From positions 62,001 through 126,000 of the IMG/VR virus record IMGVR_UViG_3300047320_000285: a stretch of 64,000 bases of DNA, one strand, 5' to 3'. Numbering within the stretch: position 1 is the first letter of the stretch; the number at the start of each line of letters is the position of its first letter. A model generated the notes under the pieces. That model had not been told where the DNA came from. It did no database searches and worked only from the letters and a program-made list of their open reading frames with translations. Position numbers and translations under genes: made by a program. This document shows, one piece after another, positions 9,691 through 19,280 of this stretch.

Positions 9691-10248
9691 ATGCGGCGTA
9701 TCGGCACCGTAACCGCGTTCTACAGTTACAAAGACTTCCTGAGTAATCACTACCGCTGTCGCTTTACGGTTCATGGCGTGAGCTTTAACTGTCTCGAGCA
9801 ATTCATCATGTACTGCAAAGCCATGTGCTTTGGGGACACCGAGATTGCCCGGCAGGTACTGGAAGCGAATCACCCGCAAGACCAGAAGATTCTCGGCCGT
9901 AAGGTGAAGGGTTTCGTGCGGCACCTCTGGTACCAGAAGATCGAGCAATGGTACGTGCAGGGCGTGATTGCGCGCTACGAGCAGAATCCGCATGATCTGA
10001 AGCTGTTGCTCGCGACTGGTGATACGGTACTGGTGGAAGCCGCCAAGAACGACGGGATCTGGGGCGTCTGTATGGATGAAACCGATGACGACATCCAGCA
10101 CGAGTGGAAATGGCGTGGCACCAACCTATGTGGGAAGGGCCAGCAAGCGGCTCGTGAACACTTTAAACGACAAGGAATTACTCATGCGACACATGTTGAT
10201 AGTCGGTTCGGTGCGAGCTATCAAGCTCTTGGTAGTGCCGTTCATTGA
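9691..10248 (+). CDS. NADAR (YbiA-like) family hydrolase
   Basis: FLSNHY..F, EQFIMYCKAMCFGD, K.LGRKVKGF, LLATGD..LVEA...DGIWG, W.G.NL.G motifs. Confidence 0.9.
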   Translation: MRRIGTVTAFYSYKDFLSNHYRCRFTVHGVSFNCLEQFIMYCKAMCFGDTEIARQVLEANHPQDQKILGRKVKGFVRHLWYQKIEQWYVQGVIARYEQNPHDLKLLLATGDTVLVEAAKNDGIWGVCMDETDDDIQHEWKWRGTNLCGKGQQAAREHFKRQGITHATHVDSRFGASYQALGSAVH

Positions 10249-10278
10249 CCTGCGTCGCGTCATGAAACGGAGGTCCGA

Positions 10279-10719
10279 ATGCGGGCATTGCGCTTTGCGC
10301 TAGAAGGGGAGCCACCACCCGAGTTACCAGTGCTGTCAGTTGACTTCGACGGCACGGTGCACTCTTACGAGTGGGGTTGGCAAGACGGCACGATCTATGG
10401 CACGGTGATCCCGGGTTTCTTCGAATGGCTGATGAGCGTCTACGAGAAATTCACCGTGGTGATCTTCTCGACGCGTTCGGCTGAAGCCGACAAGCTTGAA
10501 GACATGGCACGCTGGCTCAACGAACAGTGGATCATGTGGCGTCATGGTGAGCACGGCGATAGCGACGCACCGGAAGAAATCCCGGTGTCGTTCAGTGCTG
10601 ACAAGCCCAAAGCGCATGTGTCGATCGATGACCGCACGATTCGCTTTGAAGGCAAATGGGATGCGGAGGAATTGCAGCCCGAAGCACTGGCGGCGTTCAA
10701 GCCGTGGACGGAGCGTTAG
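10279..10719 (+). CDS. HAD-superfamily phosphatase
   Basis: Motif I DFDGT, motif II FSTR, motif IV KP.A..SIDDR. Confidence 0.8.
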   Translation: MRALRFALEGEPPPELPVLSVDFDGTVHSYEWGWQDGTIYGTVIPGFFEWLMSVYEKFTVVIFSTRSAEADKLEDMARWLNEQWIMWRHGEHGDSDAPEEIPVSFSADKPKAHVSIDDRTIRFEGKWDAEELQPEALAAFKPWTER

Positions 10720-10721
10720 GA

Positions 10722-10752
10722 TAGTGCCGGCCTTCGGGTCGGCTGCTATGCC
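10722..10752 (+). terminator. hairpin + TATGCC terminator-like element
   Basis: GCCGGCC-TTCG-GGTCGGC followed by TGCTATGCC. Confidence 0.75.
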
Positions 10753-10813
10753 GTTAATCAATTTTTAACGATCTAAGTCCATGTAGTGTAGGCATTGCGT
10801 CTAAGGAGCTGAC

Positions 10814-11161
10814 ATGGAACCGATCACCTGTCCTCAGTGCGGTAATGACGTCCGCTTCCAAGATCTCGAATACGGTCAGGAAGAGGAACACTACAGCGGC
10901 TTTCGATGTCCCCATTGCGGGGGTGTAGGAATACGCATGAGTGTGTACAAGGAAGAGCCACTGCCGTGCTTTACCTATCCATACTTCATGCCGTTTGACC
11001 TTGCTGGAAGATTGCAGTTTGTCAGTGGCGAATGTCGGCGAGATGCGTTTACGTTTGTTTCCAAAAGCGGCGTCTCCCGACTGGATCGTGAACTGGTCAC
11101 ACAACTCAGGGCCTTACCCGAGCCTGAGGAAGAACCCGATTTCATCTGCTACTTTCACTGA
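10814..11161 (+). CDS. Zn-ribbon protein with C-terminal EPDFICYFH tag
   Basis: RBS AAGGAG; CPQC...CPHC. Confidence 0.75.
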   Translation: MEPITCPQCGNDVRFQDLEYGQEEEHYSGFRCPHCGGVGIRMSVYKEEPLPCFTYPYFMPFDLAGRLQFVSGECRRDAFTFVSKSGVSRLDRELVTQLRALPEPEEEPDFICYFH

Positions 11162-11235
11162 CTCCTGACCCTTCCCGGTATTGGGAGGGGTCTTATGTTG
11201 TACGCTGTACTTAAGATAACCAAGAAGGAAAGACC

Positions 11236-11559
11236 ATGGAACAACGTAGAAGGCGCCGCAGCAAACCACGCAGTGAGCGCAGTGAACCCGCCGCCAAGAA
11301 GGTGTCGTTTATCCAGCTCATGAGCTGGGAGGCGGAGTTCGCGGCGAGCGGCCGGGAAAAAGTGGAGCAGTATGGCGCAGCTTTCTGCAAGGATTTCGAG
11401 ATTGACGACGCACGACTGATGCAAGCGCCGCCGATTGTGGCGCGACAAATCATCTTCGGTCGTTACGTCACTACGGATACGAGGTATCATCAAAATGCAC
11501 ACCCCGCTGTCGAGGACCTCGCAGAGCTATATCCGGAAACAACGGTGAACGAGTCATGA
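11236..11559 (+). CDS. hypothetical protein
   Basis: RBS AAGGA; Arg-rich N-terminus. Confidence 0.7.
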   Translation: MEQRRRRRSKPRSERSEPAAKKVSFIQLMSWEAEFAASGREKVEQYGAAFCKDFEIDDARLMQAPPIVARQIIFGRYVTTDTRYHQNAHPAVEDLAELYPETTVNES

Positions 11560-12188
11560 GAGAAGACGATCAACTTGTGAAAGATTGGCGAGCCAAATAC
11601 GCCAGACATCTACGCAATGCAAAAGCGCGCGGCATTGTCAGTAATCTTTCGTTTGAACAGTACATGGCAAAAATCAAGGAAGGAGGAGTAATTCTTCCGG
11701 AGCAAGTTGGTCGTCGCTCCGATCAAATGCAGTTAAGTCGTGTCGGGGACGAAGGTGCGTATGACGTAGATAACTGTCGTTTTATTACCAGTCGTCAAAA
11801 TCATCAAGAAGCTTTTATTAACGGTCGCTGTGACAATGCTTTGTTAAGAACCGCAGAAGCTCGTCGTGGCGCTACTATGGAGACCCATCCTTATTTGGCC
11901 GAGATGGCGAACAAGCTGAGAGGACGGACCAAGGAAACTCACGAACACCTCGCTATTGTCTCAGCTAAAACCGCTGAGAATCAAAGCAAAGACTTTTCCA
12001 TCTGGACTCCAGATGGCATAAATCACGAAGGCAGGGATCTGAAAAGGTTTTGTATAGAACGTAATCTGAATCCTCGTGGTATGAGTCGGGTTTGTCGTGG
12101 AGAAAGAAAACAATACAGGGGGTGGACTGGTCAGTGGCTAGAACCAACTCCTGACTTTTCAGGATTCTTCCATGAACCCGAAATCTAA
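11556..12188 (+). CDS. free-standing HNH-like homing endonuclease with 18-aa repeats and NUMOD1-like HTH
   Basis: RVGDEGAYDVDNCRFITSRQN nuclease-like motif; GRTKETH repeats; AT-richer codons; paralog of 45687..46331. Confidence 0.7.
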   Translation: MREDDQLVKDWRAKYARHLRNAKARGIVSNLSFEQYMAKIKEGGVILPEQVGRRSDQMQLSRVGDEGAYDVDNCRFITSRQNHQEAFINGRCDNALLRTAEARRGATMETHPYLAEMANKLRGRTKETHEHLAIVSAKTAENQSKDFSIWTPDGINHEGRDLKRFCIERNLNPRGMSRVCRGERKQYRGWTGQWLEPTPDFSGFFHEPEI

Positions 12189-12567
12189 TACTGCTCAATC
12201 TTACATATTGTCGATCCGGACCCCGCTGGAGGAGTTCTTCCGACGGCAACGGCTTGATCCCCGGATTGACCAGATCGACTGGTACACCATCGACCGCATG
12301 ATCGAACACACGTGGTATGCGTTGATCTATCCGAACACCACCTTTAGCGGCCTGATGAATCTGGCGTGTCGCTTAAAAGATCGTGAGCATCCGTACGCCA
12401 TGAGCGTGCTGAACTTCGGTCATTGGGTGAAAAACGAACTCGAGCAGTTTGATCTGTTCGCTGATGACGTCTACGTGAGCACCTACCATTACGCAGGCAT
12501 GCATGGGCGGTGGGCGATTCGGATTAAACGCGGCTTTGAAGACCATCTCAGACTGACGGTTTATTAG
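12172..12567 (+). CDS. hypothetical protein
   Basis: 131-aa ORF with phage-like codon usage. Confidence 0.65.
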   Translation: MNPKSNTAQSYILSIRTPLEEFFRRQRLDPRIDQIDWYTIDRMIEHTWYALIYPNTTFSGLMNLACRLKDREHPYAMSVLNFGHWVKNELEQFDLFADDVYVSTYHYAGMHGRWAIRIKRGFEDHLRLTVY

Positions 12568-12576
12568 GGAGGTAAC

Positions 12577-12966
12577 GTGACGGATCTGTTGTTAGTGGAC
12601 TTTCATGAGACCATGCCGGTCTTCCGAGAAATCGTCGAACAGATGCACGAGTGTGAGTCAGACGAGGATGAAGTGATGGAGATGCTCATCACCTATCTGG
12701 ATAGTCTGGAGCTGGTGGACCAAGGACTGGACGCCTATGCGGAGCGGATCTGGGAAGACCACATGATCGCGGGCTGTCCGCAAGACGGGGCGAGGTTAAT
12801 CGAAGGCGCCATGATGCTCGGTAACCATCTGTTCGATGTGTTAAAGCGAGCTGATGTCTACGATGCCGAGGGTTGGCTCGGTGGGCTGCACTTCGAAGGC
12901 TGGCGGGGCCGCAACAAGACGGTCGCGGTATTCAAGCGTGATCCGGAGGAGGAACGTTGCTGCTAA
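12577..12966 (+). CDS. acidic hypothetical protein
   Basis: RBS GGAGG before GTG. Confidence 0.75.
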   Translation: MTDLLLVDFHETMPVFREIVEQMHECESDEDEVMEMLITYLDSLELVDQGLDAYAERIWEDHMIAGCPQDGARLIEGAMMLGNHLFDVLKRADVYDAEGWLGGLHFEGWRGRNKTVAVFKRDPEEERCC

Positions 12967-12967
12967 A

Positions 12968-13003
12968 GCATAGCCCTGCCCAGAAGGGCAGGGCAAATAT
13001 GCC
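12968..13003. terminator. GCATA-hairpin-TATGCC element (bidirectional form)
   Basis: GCATA GCCCTGCCC-AGAA-GGGCAGGGC AAATATGCC. Confidence 0.75.
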
Positions 13004-13053
13004 GCTTCTTTTTTTGGTGATCTTATGACAATTCTCTTACCAACGGGGTACCT

Positions 13054-13971
13054 ATGTCATTGCAAGATCAATTGGCTGCACTCAATACTTCGGTCGAAGG
13101 AGTGGGCACCGCCATTGCTGCCAAGGATACCGCCTTGGAAAATCAGGTCACCACACTCGGTAACACGGTGAGCAACATCGCGCTGGTGCGCGGATTGTTC
13201 AACGCGCTGCAAGTTGCTGCTACGGGTCTGGACGCGAACGTCAATGTCCAAGCCCAAGAGATGGTGCTCAAGGATGGCGCCGGTCACGTGGTCGTGATTG
13301 CTAACGTGAACGTGACGGCGGCGACCAAAGCCGCTGGTCAGGCAGGCACCGGTGCTAACAGTCTGGACACCGGCAACTTTGCCTCGAATACGTGGTATGC
13401 GTTGTTTGTGGCGTATAACTCGTCGGGTGCGACCGCCTGTGCGTTGTTGTCCCTGAGTGCGACTGCGCCCACGCTACCGGCAGGCTTTACGTTCTACACC
13501 CGGGTGGGCTGGATTCGTACCGACGCCACCGCCAACGCTCGCCCGCTTGCCTTCACGCAAAAGGGTGCGCAAGCTCGCTACAAAGTCACCCCCGGTTCGA
13601 ACGTTGCAGCGATGCCAATTATCGCTTCAGGGGCCGCAGGTGACTGCACGATCCCGACGTGGGCGCCGCTGGACTGGCGACCGTTTGCACCCCCGACGAC
13701 GATTGACTTGACGTTGCTGACGGGTTCGAACGGTAATGCCTGTACGGTGATGGTGGCCCCGAACAACAATTTCGGGGCGTGGAACTCGGTGTCGAACCTG
13801 CCACCAGTGATGCATTCGAACGTGGGCTCGTACCTGTTCACGGACGATAACATCGCAGTGGAGTCCACCAACATCTACTGGGCCTCAAACGCGGGGGCTC
13901 AACCCCCCACGCCGGGGACGTCGGGTAATTCCGGCATTCTCTGCGTGATGGGCTGGACGGATAACATCTAA
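13054..13971 (+). CDS. tail fibre-like virion protein
   Basis: Ala/Gly/Thr/Asn-rich; LSLSATAPTLPAGFT..RVGWIRTD fibre motif; TATG 27 nt upstream; N-terminus shared with 35324..35824. Confidence 0.65.
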   Translation: MSLQDQLAALNTSVEGVGTAIAAKDTALENQVTTLGNTVSNIALVRGLFNALQVAATGLDANVNVQAQEMVLKDGAGHVVVIANVNVTAATKAAGQAGTGANSLDTGNFASNTWYALFVAYNSSGATACALLSLSATAPTLPAGFTFYTRVGWIRTDATANARPLAFTQKGAQARYKVTPGSNVAAMPIIASGAAGDCTIPTWAPLDWRPFAPPTTIDLTLLTGSNGNACTVMVAPNNNFGAWNSVSNLPPVMHSNVGSYLFTDDNIAVESTNIYWASNAGAQPPTPGTSGNSGILCVMGWTDNI

Positions 13972-13980
13972 CATGCCCAC

Positions 13981-14016
13981 GGCATAGGACCCGGCCAGCA
14001 GGCCGGGCTTTATGCC
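13981..14016. terminator. GGCATA-hairpin-TATGCC element
   Basis: GGCATA..CCCGGCC-AGCA-GGCCGGG..TTTATGCC. Confidence 0.8.
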
Positions 14017-14063
14017 AATTACTTTTTAGTGAACCACATCATGGTCTGGTAATACCGGGTTGC

Positions 14064-14423
14064 ATGATTTTTCGAACCTATATCATCACTCGGAGCAGTT
14101 ATGGAAGGTTCATACTGGGGAGTAGCATCATGTCTGACGTCGTGCTCGTTCCGTTCCGTCTGCATGCACGGGTAAGTGTGGTGAGCCAAGTTCGTCAGGA
14201 CCGACTGACGCGACCGGAGATGTTTCCACTGGTCGCGCATGTGACTGAGTCCCTCACAGAAGGGCCGCCAGCAGCGCTTAAGCAGGAATTGGAAAACCAG
14301 CTGTTGAATGCTTTTACTCAAGTGTTTCTCAATCGACTTAGGGAGGACGCACGATTGAGGCAGAAAATCGGTGGGACCAAGTGGCAGATACAGATTCACG
14401 AGTATAGCTACAAACGGGTGTAA
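14064..14423 (+). CDS. hypothetical protein (start uncertain)
   Basis: ORF track; the internal ATG with GGGGAG RBS may be the true start. Confidence 0.55.
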   Translation: MIFRTYIITRSSYGRFILGSSIMSDVVLVPFRLHARVSVVSQVRQDRLTRPEMFPLVAHVTESLTEGPPAALKQELENQLLNAFTQVFLNRLREDARLRQKIGGTKWQIQIHEYSYKRV

Positions 14424-14463
14424 TACGCGTTTAATACGATAATCAAAAATTCAGGATTGAAAG

Positions 14464-14817
14464 ATGCCGTACGTAATCGAAGCCGCTAAGAATGGTCACG
14501 ACGATCGCTATATCGGTCAAAGTGATGTCACGCAGCACATGTACTGGACCCGCAGCTTGCGCATGGCGTGCAAGTTTGAGGATCTGGACCTGTTGCGGCG
14601 GATGTTGGACAACATCATGGACGACGAACACAACCGCGACATTTCCGTCTTGGTTGCAGCGTTCGGCCTGATGAACAAGCCGGGTCCGCATTCAATGATG
14701 TTAATGATTCGTGAAGTCCTCCCAGATGGGTCACTGGGAGACTTTTGCGATCAACATGGGATCCGTTATCAGATTAAGAAGGAGCCTCGGGTAGTACCGA
14801 TTCCTATTCCTGCGTAA
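14464..14817 (+). CDS. hypothetical protein
   Basis: RBS AGGA, 117 aa. Confidence 0.7.
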   Translation: MPYVIEAAKNGHDDRYIGQSDVTQHMYWTRSLRMACKFEDLDLLRRMLDNIMDDEHNRDISVLVAAFGLMNKPGPHSMMLMIREVLPDGSLGDFCDQHGIRYQIKKEPRVVPIPIPA

Positions 14818-14852
14818 CGATCGGACTACCCTCTAACAAGAGGGGATGAATA

Positions 14853-15326
14853 ATGTCGCAGTTCTGTGTCATTAGCTTTCGGTTCTGCACGGGTGCGCCG
14901 AAGTATCTGGTGGCGCGCAATGGTGTACTGGTTGACTGGACCTTCGATCTGTCGAAGGCCGCGCAGTATGAGGGCATGCTTGATGCTGATACCCATTACC
15001 TGTGGGTGGTCGAATGTCTCAAGGGCGGGAATACCACGGCCAAGGTCTATCCCGAAGTACTTGCCCCACTGCATAACAACCAGTTCAGCTTGATCGAACT
15101 GGCGATTGACCGCGTCGTACTGGGTCCCAAAAAGACCGAGCACATCGCCCTGCGGCGGGTTCATATTGACTTACTCTCTATCACAAGGAAAGCGTTCCAT
15201 GTCTTACCGGATAAGAATCACGCGACCCGAACACCCGCAAACGTTACTCCGCATCAACCGCGACGAGAAATACCTCGTGCAGAGTTACCAAGAAGTGTAC
15301 CGTGGAAGAGAAGCGTCGGAGTTTGA
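14853..15326 (+). CDS. hypothetical protein
   Basis: RBS GAGGGG; the 3' part overlaps the next gene. Confidence 0.6.
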   Translation: MSQFCVISFRFCTGAPKYLVARNGVLVDWTFDLSKAAQYEGMLDADTHYLWVVECLKGGNTTAKVYPEVLAPLHNNQFSLIELAIDRVVLGPKKTEHIALRRVHIDLLSITRKAFHVLPDKNHATRTPANVTPHQPRREIPRAELPRSVPWKRSVGV

Positions 15327-15711
15327 CTTCGTTGACTTCGCCAAAGCCATCGTGCAGCAATTGCGCGATGCACGCCACGACAGTGAGACGTCTGCGGCTA
15401 AAATAGCGTGGGCGTTCAAAGTCGCGATTCTGCGCTTCGAGCCGTGGAAGAAATACGAACCCACGGCCGAAGAAATCGAGCAGGGTTATCTGCCGATGCT
15501 CGATGAAGAAACCGCGCCGGAAGATTGGGAACGGCGGATGATTACCGGGGCGACCTTGGACATCCTCGGCGGCGGGCATGTGTTTGAAAGTTACCCGTTC
15601 GAGATCCCGGCGGATTTCGATGTGGCAACTTTGGCGCCGCTGGAGTACGTCCACAGCAAAGCCGATCCAGCGCAGTTGCAAGCGCTGGTGGCGAAGTTCC
15701 GTAAGCAGTAA
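15199..15711 (+). CDS. hypothetical protein
   Basis: RBS AAGGA before ATG 15199. Confidence 0.7.
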   Translation: MSYRIRITRPEHPQTLLRINRDEKYLVQSYQEVYRGREASEFDFVDFAKAIVQQLRDARHDSETSAAKIAWAFKVAILRFEPWKKYEPTAEEIEQGYLPMLDEETAPEDWERRMITGATLDILGGGHVFESYPFEIPADFDVATLAPLEYVHSKADPAQLQALVAKFRKQ

Positions 15712-15775
15712 CGCAGGACGGGTGGCGTAAAAACCCACCCGCGTGACATTTTCCTTATACTACTAAGAAGAGCTG

Positions 15776-17500
15776 ATGATGAGCAACCTGTCTGCAAAAA
15801 GCCTGTCCCAACTCAGTACCTTGATCAAGACTGCTGACCTCACCGCCTTGGAACTGACCTATACGGGTCCGGGTCTGGACGAACGTCTGGCGGCGACACC
15901 GTTGACCGAACCGCTGCACAAAGTCATCAATGCCGTGTTGCGTGATCAGAAAGGTCGTACTTCGCTGGAGATCCACGAAATCGTCAAGGAGCGCGGTTTC
16001 ACGGAACAGGATGTGCGCGTGTGCATGCAGAACATCTATAAGCGCAAACTGGTGATTACACTGCCCAGCGAGATCGGGCGGATCGCGTACCGCATGGCAG
16101 GTCGTGGGGAGTTCTGGCCCGATGACATTGTCTCGCCGACCCCGGCTGTGACGTCGGCGATGGCTAACAAGCTGTCGAAGAAGAGCATCGAGCTGCCCGC
16201 GTTCGATGCGAAGATCGATCCGAACAAGGACATCGTGCCGGGGGACCGGATTGAACTGGCCATCTGGAAGTTGTTTGGTGATGGTGAAGGTCGCCGGATG
16301 CCAGAGATCGTCGATGCGCTCAAGCCGTATCAGTACGACCCCAAGCGCGTCAAAGATGCCATGCGTCGTTTGTCTACGCTGCGCTGGTTCGAGTTCACCA
16401 CCGGTCACAGCAGCGTGACCTACAAGCTGAAAGAGGGAATCCCCATGCCGTATGGTACAACTTCATTGGAAGCCGCTCCGGTGGATATTCCGGCCCCGGT
16501 GTTGGATCTGCAAAAAGACGGCATTCGCCGCACGCTGTGGAAGATCATGTCGGACTTCAAGCCACGCACCAACGTGGAGATCGCCGAGATCCTCGCGCCG
16601 ATGTGTGATTCGACTGCGTATCTGAAGTACGAGATGATGCAGCTGGTGAAGCTTGGTTGGTTCCTGCGTAACGAAACCAACCACCCGGTGAACCAGTATC
16701 TGATCATCATCTATACGCTCAAGGACTCGATCAAGCGTCCGGACGCCGAGCCGCTCACCGCGAAGAGCAAGTTCTATCGGGCGCCGACCCTGACCTCTCT
16801 CGAAACGCTCGACGCGATTCATGCGGCGATCAACGACGGCCAGCCAGATCTTACCTCGATGATTGGCTCAGCACCGGCTCAGGCTTCGTTGTTGCCGCCT
16901 GCGGCCAGCGAGCCGGGGGACCTGAACGTCGCGCGCAATCTGGGTCTGCAAGCGACCAACGTGCATCAGTTCCGTCACCCGGATGCGAATCCAGCAGCAG
17001 CTGAAGCCGCAATCCGTACCTCGAAGCTCTCCGCAGGGGCGCGTGAGTTTCATGCGCTGCACAGCAATGGCATCGTCCCGCAGACCACCGGTTACAGCGT
17101 CAAGGAACCGGTGATTGCGGATGGGCTGATCATCACCGCACCGGCAGACGGTCCGCTGCGTAGTAATGAGGTGCAGCTGAAGGATCGCGCCATCCTTCAC
17201 AACCCGCCCGAGTGGGTAGGCATGGACGAGATGGTCAGTGCGGTGCAAGCGATCAAAGATGCGATGCCGCTGGTCGAGCACTGTGTCTATATCCGTGGCA
17301 AGCGTATCGATGCGGATCAGGCCGATGCGCTGGTGGAAGAACTCAGCGACCTTGGCATGGGTGATGAGCGCCAGATGATCCAGTCGCCGCTCGTGAAGGT
17401 CAAGCTGGAAATTGCCGGGATGGAATTCAGGCTCGATGAAGTCGACCAGATCGTGCTGTACCTGAAGAGCGAAGGCTTCGGCAAGAGCCGCAAACACTAA
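15776..17500 (+). CDS. protein with three tandem winged-helix-like repeats (putative DNA-binding)
   Basis: Three repeats of I/L..W.L..D..GR...EI...L......V...M..L....WF. Confidence 0.7.
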   Translation: MMSNLSAKSLSQLSTLIKTADLTALELTYTGPGLDERLAATPLTEPLHKVINAVLRDQKGRTSLEIHEIVKERGFTEQDVRVCMQNIYKRKLVITLPSEIGRIAYRMAGRGEFWPDDIVSPTPAVTSAMANKLSKKSIELPAFDAKIDPNKDIVPGDRIELAIWKLFGDGEGRRMPEIVDALKPYQYDPKRVKDAMRRLSTLRWFEFTTGHSSVTYKLKEGIPMPYGTTSLEAAPVDIPAPVLDLQKDGIRRTLWKIMSDFKPRTNVEIAEILAPMCDSTAYLKYEMMQLVKLGWFLRNETNHPVNQYLIIIYTLKDSIKRPDAEPLTAKSKFYRAPTLTSLETLDAIHAAINDGQPDLTSMIGSAPAQASLLPPAASEPGDLNVARNLGLQATNVHQFRHPDANPAAAEAAIRTSKLSAGAREFHALHSNGIVPQTTGYSVKEPVIADGLIITAPADGPLRSNEVQLKDRAILHNPPEWVGMDEMVSAVQAIKDAMPLVEHCVYIRGKRIDADQADALVEELSDLGMGDERQMIQSPLVKVKLEIAGMEFRLDEVDQIVLYLKSEGFGKSRKH

Positions 17501-17555
17501 CGCGCGCACCGGTCCCGCTCCCAGCGGGACCTTTGTGCCTGACAAGGAGAATACC

Positions 17556-18995
17556 GTGTCTGATGACAACAAAGGCTTACCGGAACTCAAGCGGCCGTTC
17601 CATGAGACGCTGAGTGTGAACGACCGACTGGATGTATTGGAGTTCCGCCGCCGGACGGACGTCGAGTATGTGGACGATCCGTTCAACATCCAACTGTATT
17701 GCGGACCGACGCGGCAGTCCAATCTGGAATCGATTCGCCAGATTAACCACCGCCATGACACCGAACGCCATGCGACGCTTGACGACAAACGCATTCCGCG
17801 GCTGATGAATGAGCTGACACAAGCGGAGATCGATGAGTTGAATCGCCCCGATCGCAAGCTGCGGATGTCAAGCCTGTCGGGCGCGAACTACAGTCCGATC
17901 CTCACGGACGACAACCTGACGCTTAAGGAACGTATCGACTTGGCCGTCTGTTGCTACGGACTGTACACGGCGGGTACATCAGAACCCAACGAGGTACTGG
18001 ACCCACGCGCACACGAGTTCTGGATTGGCGATGTGTCCGCTGCCATGGATAACTTGCGCGTGCCACGGTTGCGTAGCGAGATGACGGAGGAACAAAAGCT
18101 GAAGCTGGCGGAACTGCGCAAGCCACCGAAGTTTGTCGACTATCTGGATTTGTTCAAGTCGACAGCCTCGACACCAGATCCGAAGCTCTATGATCTTGCA
18201 CGGGAACTTGCTCGCAAGCATCCGATTAGGATTGCGCCGCGCCCTATTCGTCCGATCGGTGATATCGAGGCAGTGCCGTTTGACTGGCCGATCCGACATC
18301 GTGGGGAATTTGACCATCCTATCCAGTTGTCACATGTCTCGCTGGGCAATGGTCCGAGCACGTTTAAGACGATCAAAAGGCGTCCACGTGGCGCTGGGCA
18401 TCCGAATTTCGTCATCGATGACGGTCCGTTCTGGAATTTTCAGGAATTCAGTCAACAGGACCTCATGGCTCGTCTACCGGCTGAGTGGTCGTTTGAGACA
18501 AAATTGCGTTTCAAACATCACTACGGTCCCGAGATCGTGCCTTCCTTTGCGAGGACGGTACCGAAGATCAGACACGACGATTCGTTGGAGATGTTCCATG
18601 CGAAGATGTCCAACCGTCCTCGTAACGGTCTGCGTGTGGGTCGCTGGATTATTGAACAAGCGTATGCTCAACAAGGCTACGAGGTGGGTCCCGTTGTATG
18701 GATGAATCCTCGGCAAACGGGTAAGACTTATCTGAACTTGGCCTTTCAATGGGCGCGTCGTACACGTTGGGGTAGCCCGACTTGGCCACGTACGAGCTGT
18801 GGATTTTTCCTTCACGCGGCCTATGATCTGCGTAATTCGCGCGAATCGGATCATTTCTACTTCTACGATAACCCGTGGCGGAATTTGATCGAATTGGTTC
18901 GCGCGGATCTTTTTCATCACACTTCACGAATCGACTATGATAAACCCAACCGAAGAAGTCAAAGTACATCACGTCATCCGTATCGCCGCCCTTGA
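17556..18995 (+). CDS. hypothetical protein with internal duplication
   Basis: RBS AAGGAG before GTG 17556; duplicated R(I/V)PRL..E(L/M)T segment. Confidence 0.65.
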   Translation: MSDDNKGLPELKRPFHETLSVNDRLDVLEFRRRTDVEYVDDPFNIQLYCGPTRQSNLESIRQINHRHDTERHATLDDKRIPRLMNELTQAEIDELNRPDRKLRMSSLSGANYSPILTDDNLTLKERIDLAVCCYGLYTAGTSEPNEVLDPRAHEFWIGDVSAAMDNLRVPRLRSEMTEEQKLKLAELRKPPKFVDYLDLFKSTASTPDPKLYDLARELARKHPIRIAPRPIRPIGDIEAVPFDWPIRHRGEFDHPIQLSHVSLGNGPSTFKTIKRRPRGAGHPNFVIDDGPFWNFQEFSQQDLMARLPAEWSFETKLRFKHHYGPEIVPSFARTVPKIRHDDSLEMFHAKMSNRPRNGLRVGRWIIEQAYAQQGYEVGPVVWMNPRQTGKTYLNLAFQWARRTRWGSPTWPRTSCGFFLHAAYDLRNSRESDHFYFYDNPWRNLIELVRADLFHHTSRIDYDKPNRRSQSTSRHPYRRP

Positions 18996-19215
18996 TACGG
19001 CGGCCAATCCGATCCGGACACACAACGGTGTAGCTGACGAGGATTTGGCCGATTACATCGAAAGCCACAAACGTATCCGCCCGAGCGCGGCGTTGTTTGT
19101 GGACGGTCAGTGTGTCTTTACCGGCACCATGCAGCAAGAGCAGATCGATCGGCTCTGTGAAGAAGTCAGCAAGCTGGCGTGGAAAGTCGACATCGTCACC
19201 AGACCGTACCGTTAA
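18937..19215 (+). CDS. hypothetical protein
   Basis: 92-aa ORF followed directly by a terminator. Confidence 0.55.
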   Translation: MINPTEEVKVHHVIRIAALDTAANPIRTHNGVADEDLADYIESHKRIRPSAALFVDGQCVFTGTMQQEQIDRLCEEVSKLAWKVDIVTRPYR

Positions 19216-19226
19216 AGTCTCCTCCA

Positions 19227-19256
19227 CCCCGGGCTTGTACAGCCGGGGCTTTTTTA
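19227..19256 (+). terminator. intrinsic terminator
   Basis: CCCCGG..CCGGGG stem followed by a T tract. Confidence 0.7.
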
Positions 19257-19280
19257 TACTTCCCTAGAATAAGGTCAAAC

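Noticed and set aside
18690-18740. Terminase large subunit call for 17556..18995
   Set aside because: Only an isolated PRQTGKT near the C-terminus; no Walker B or nuclease domain follows.
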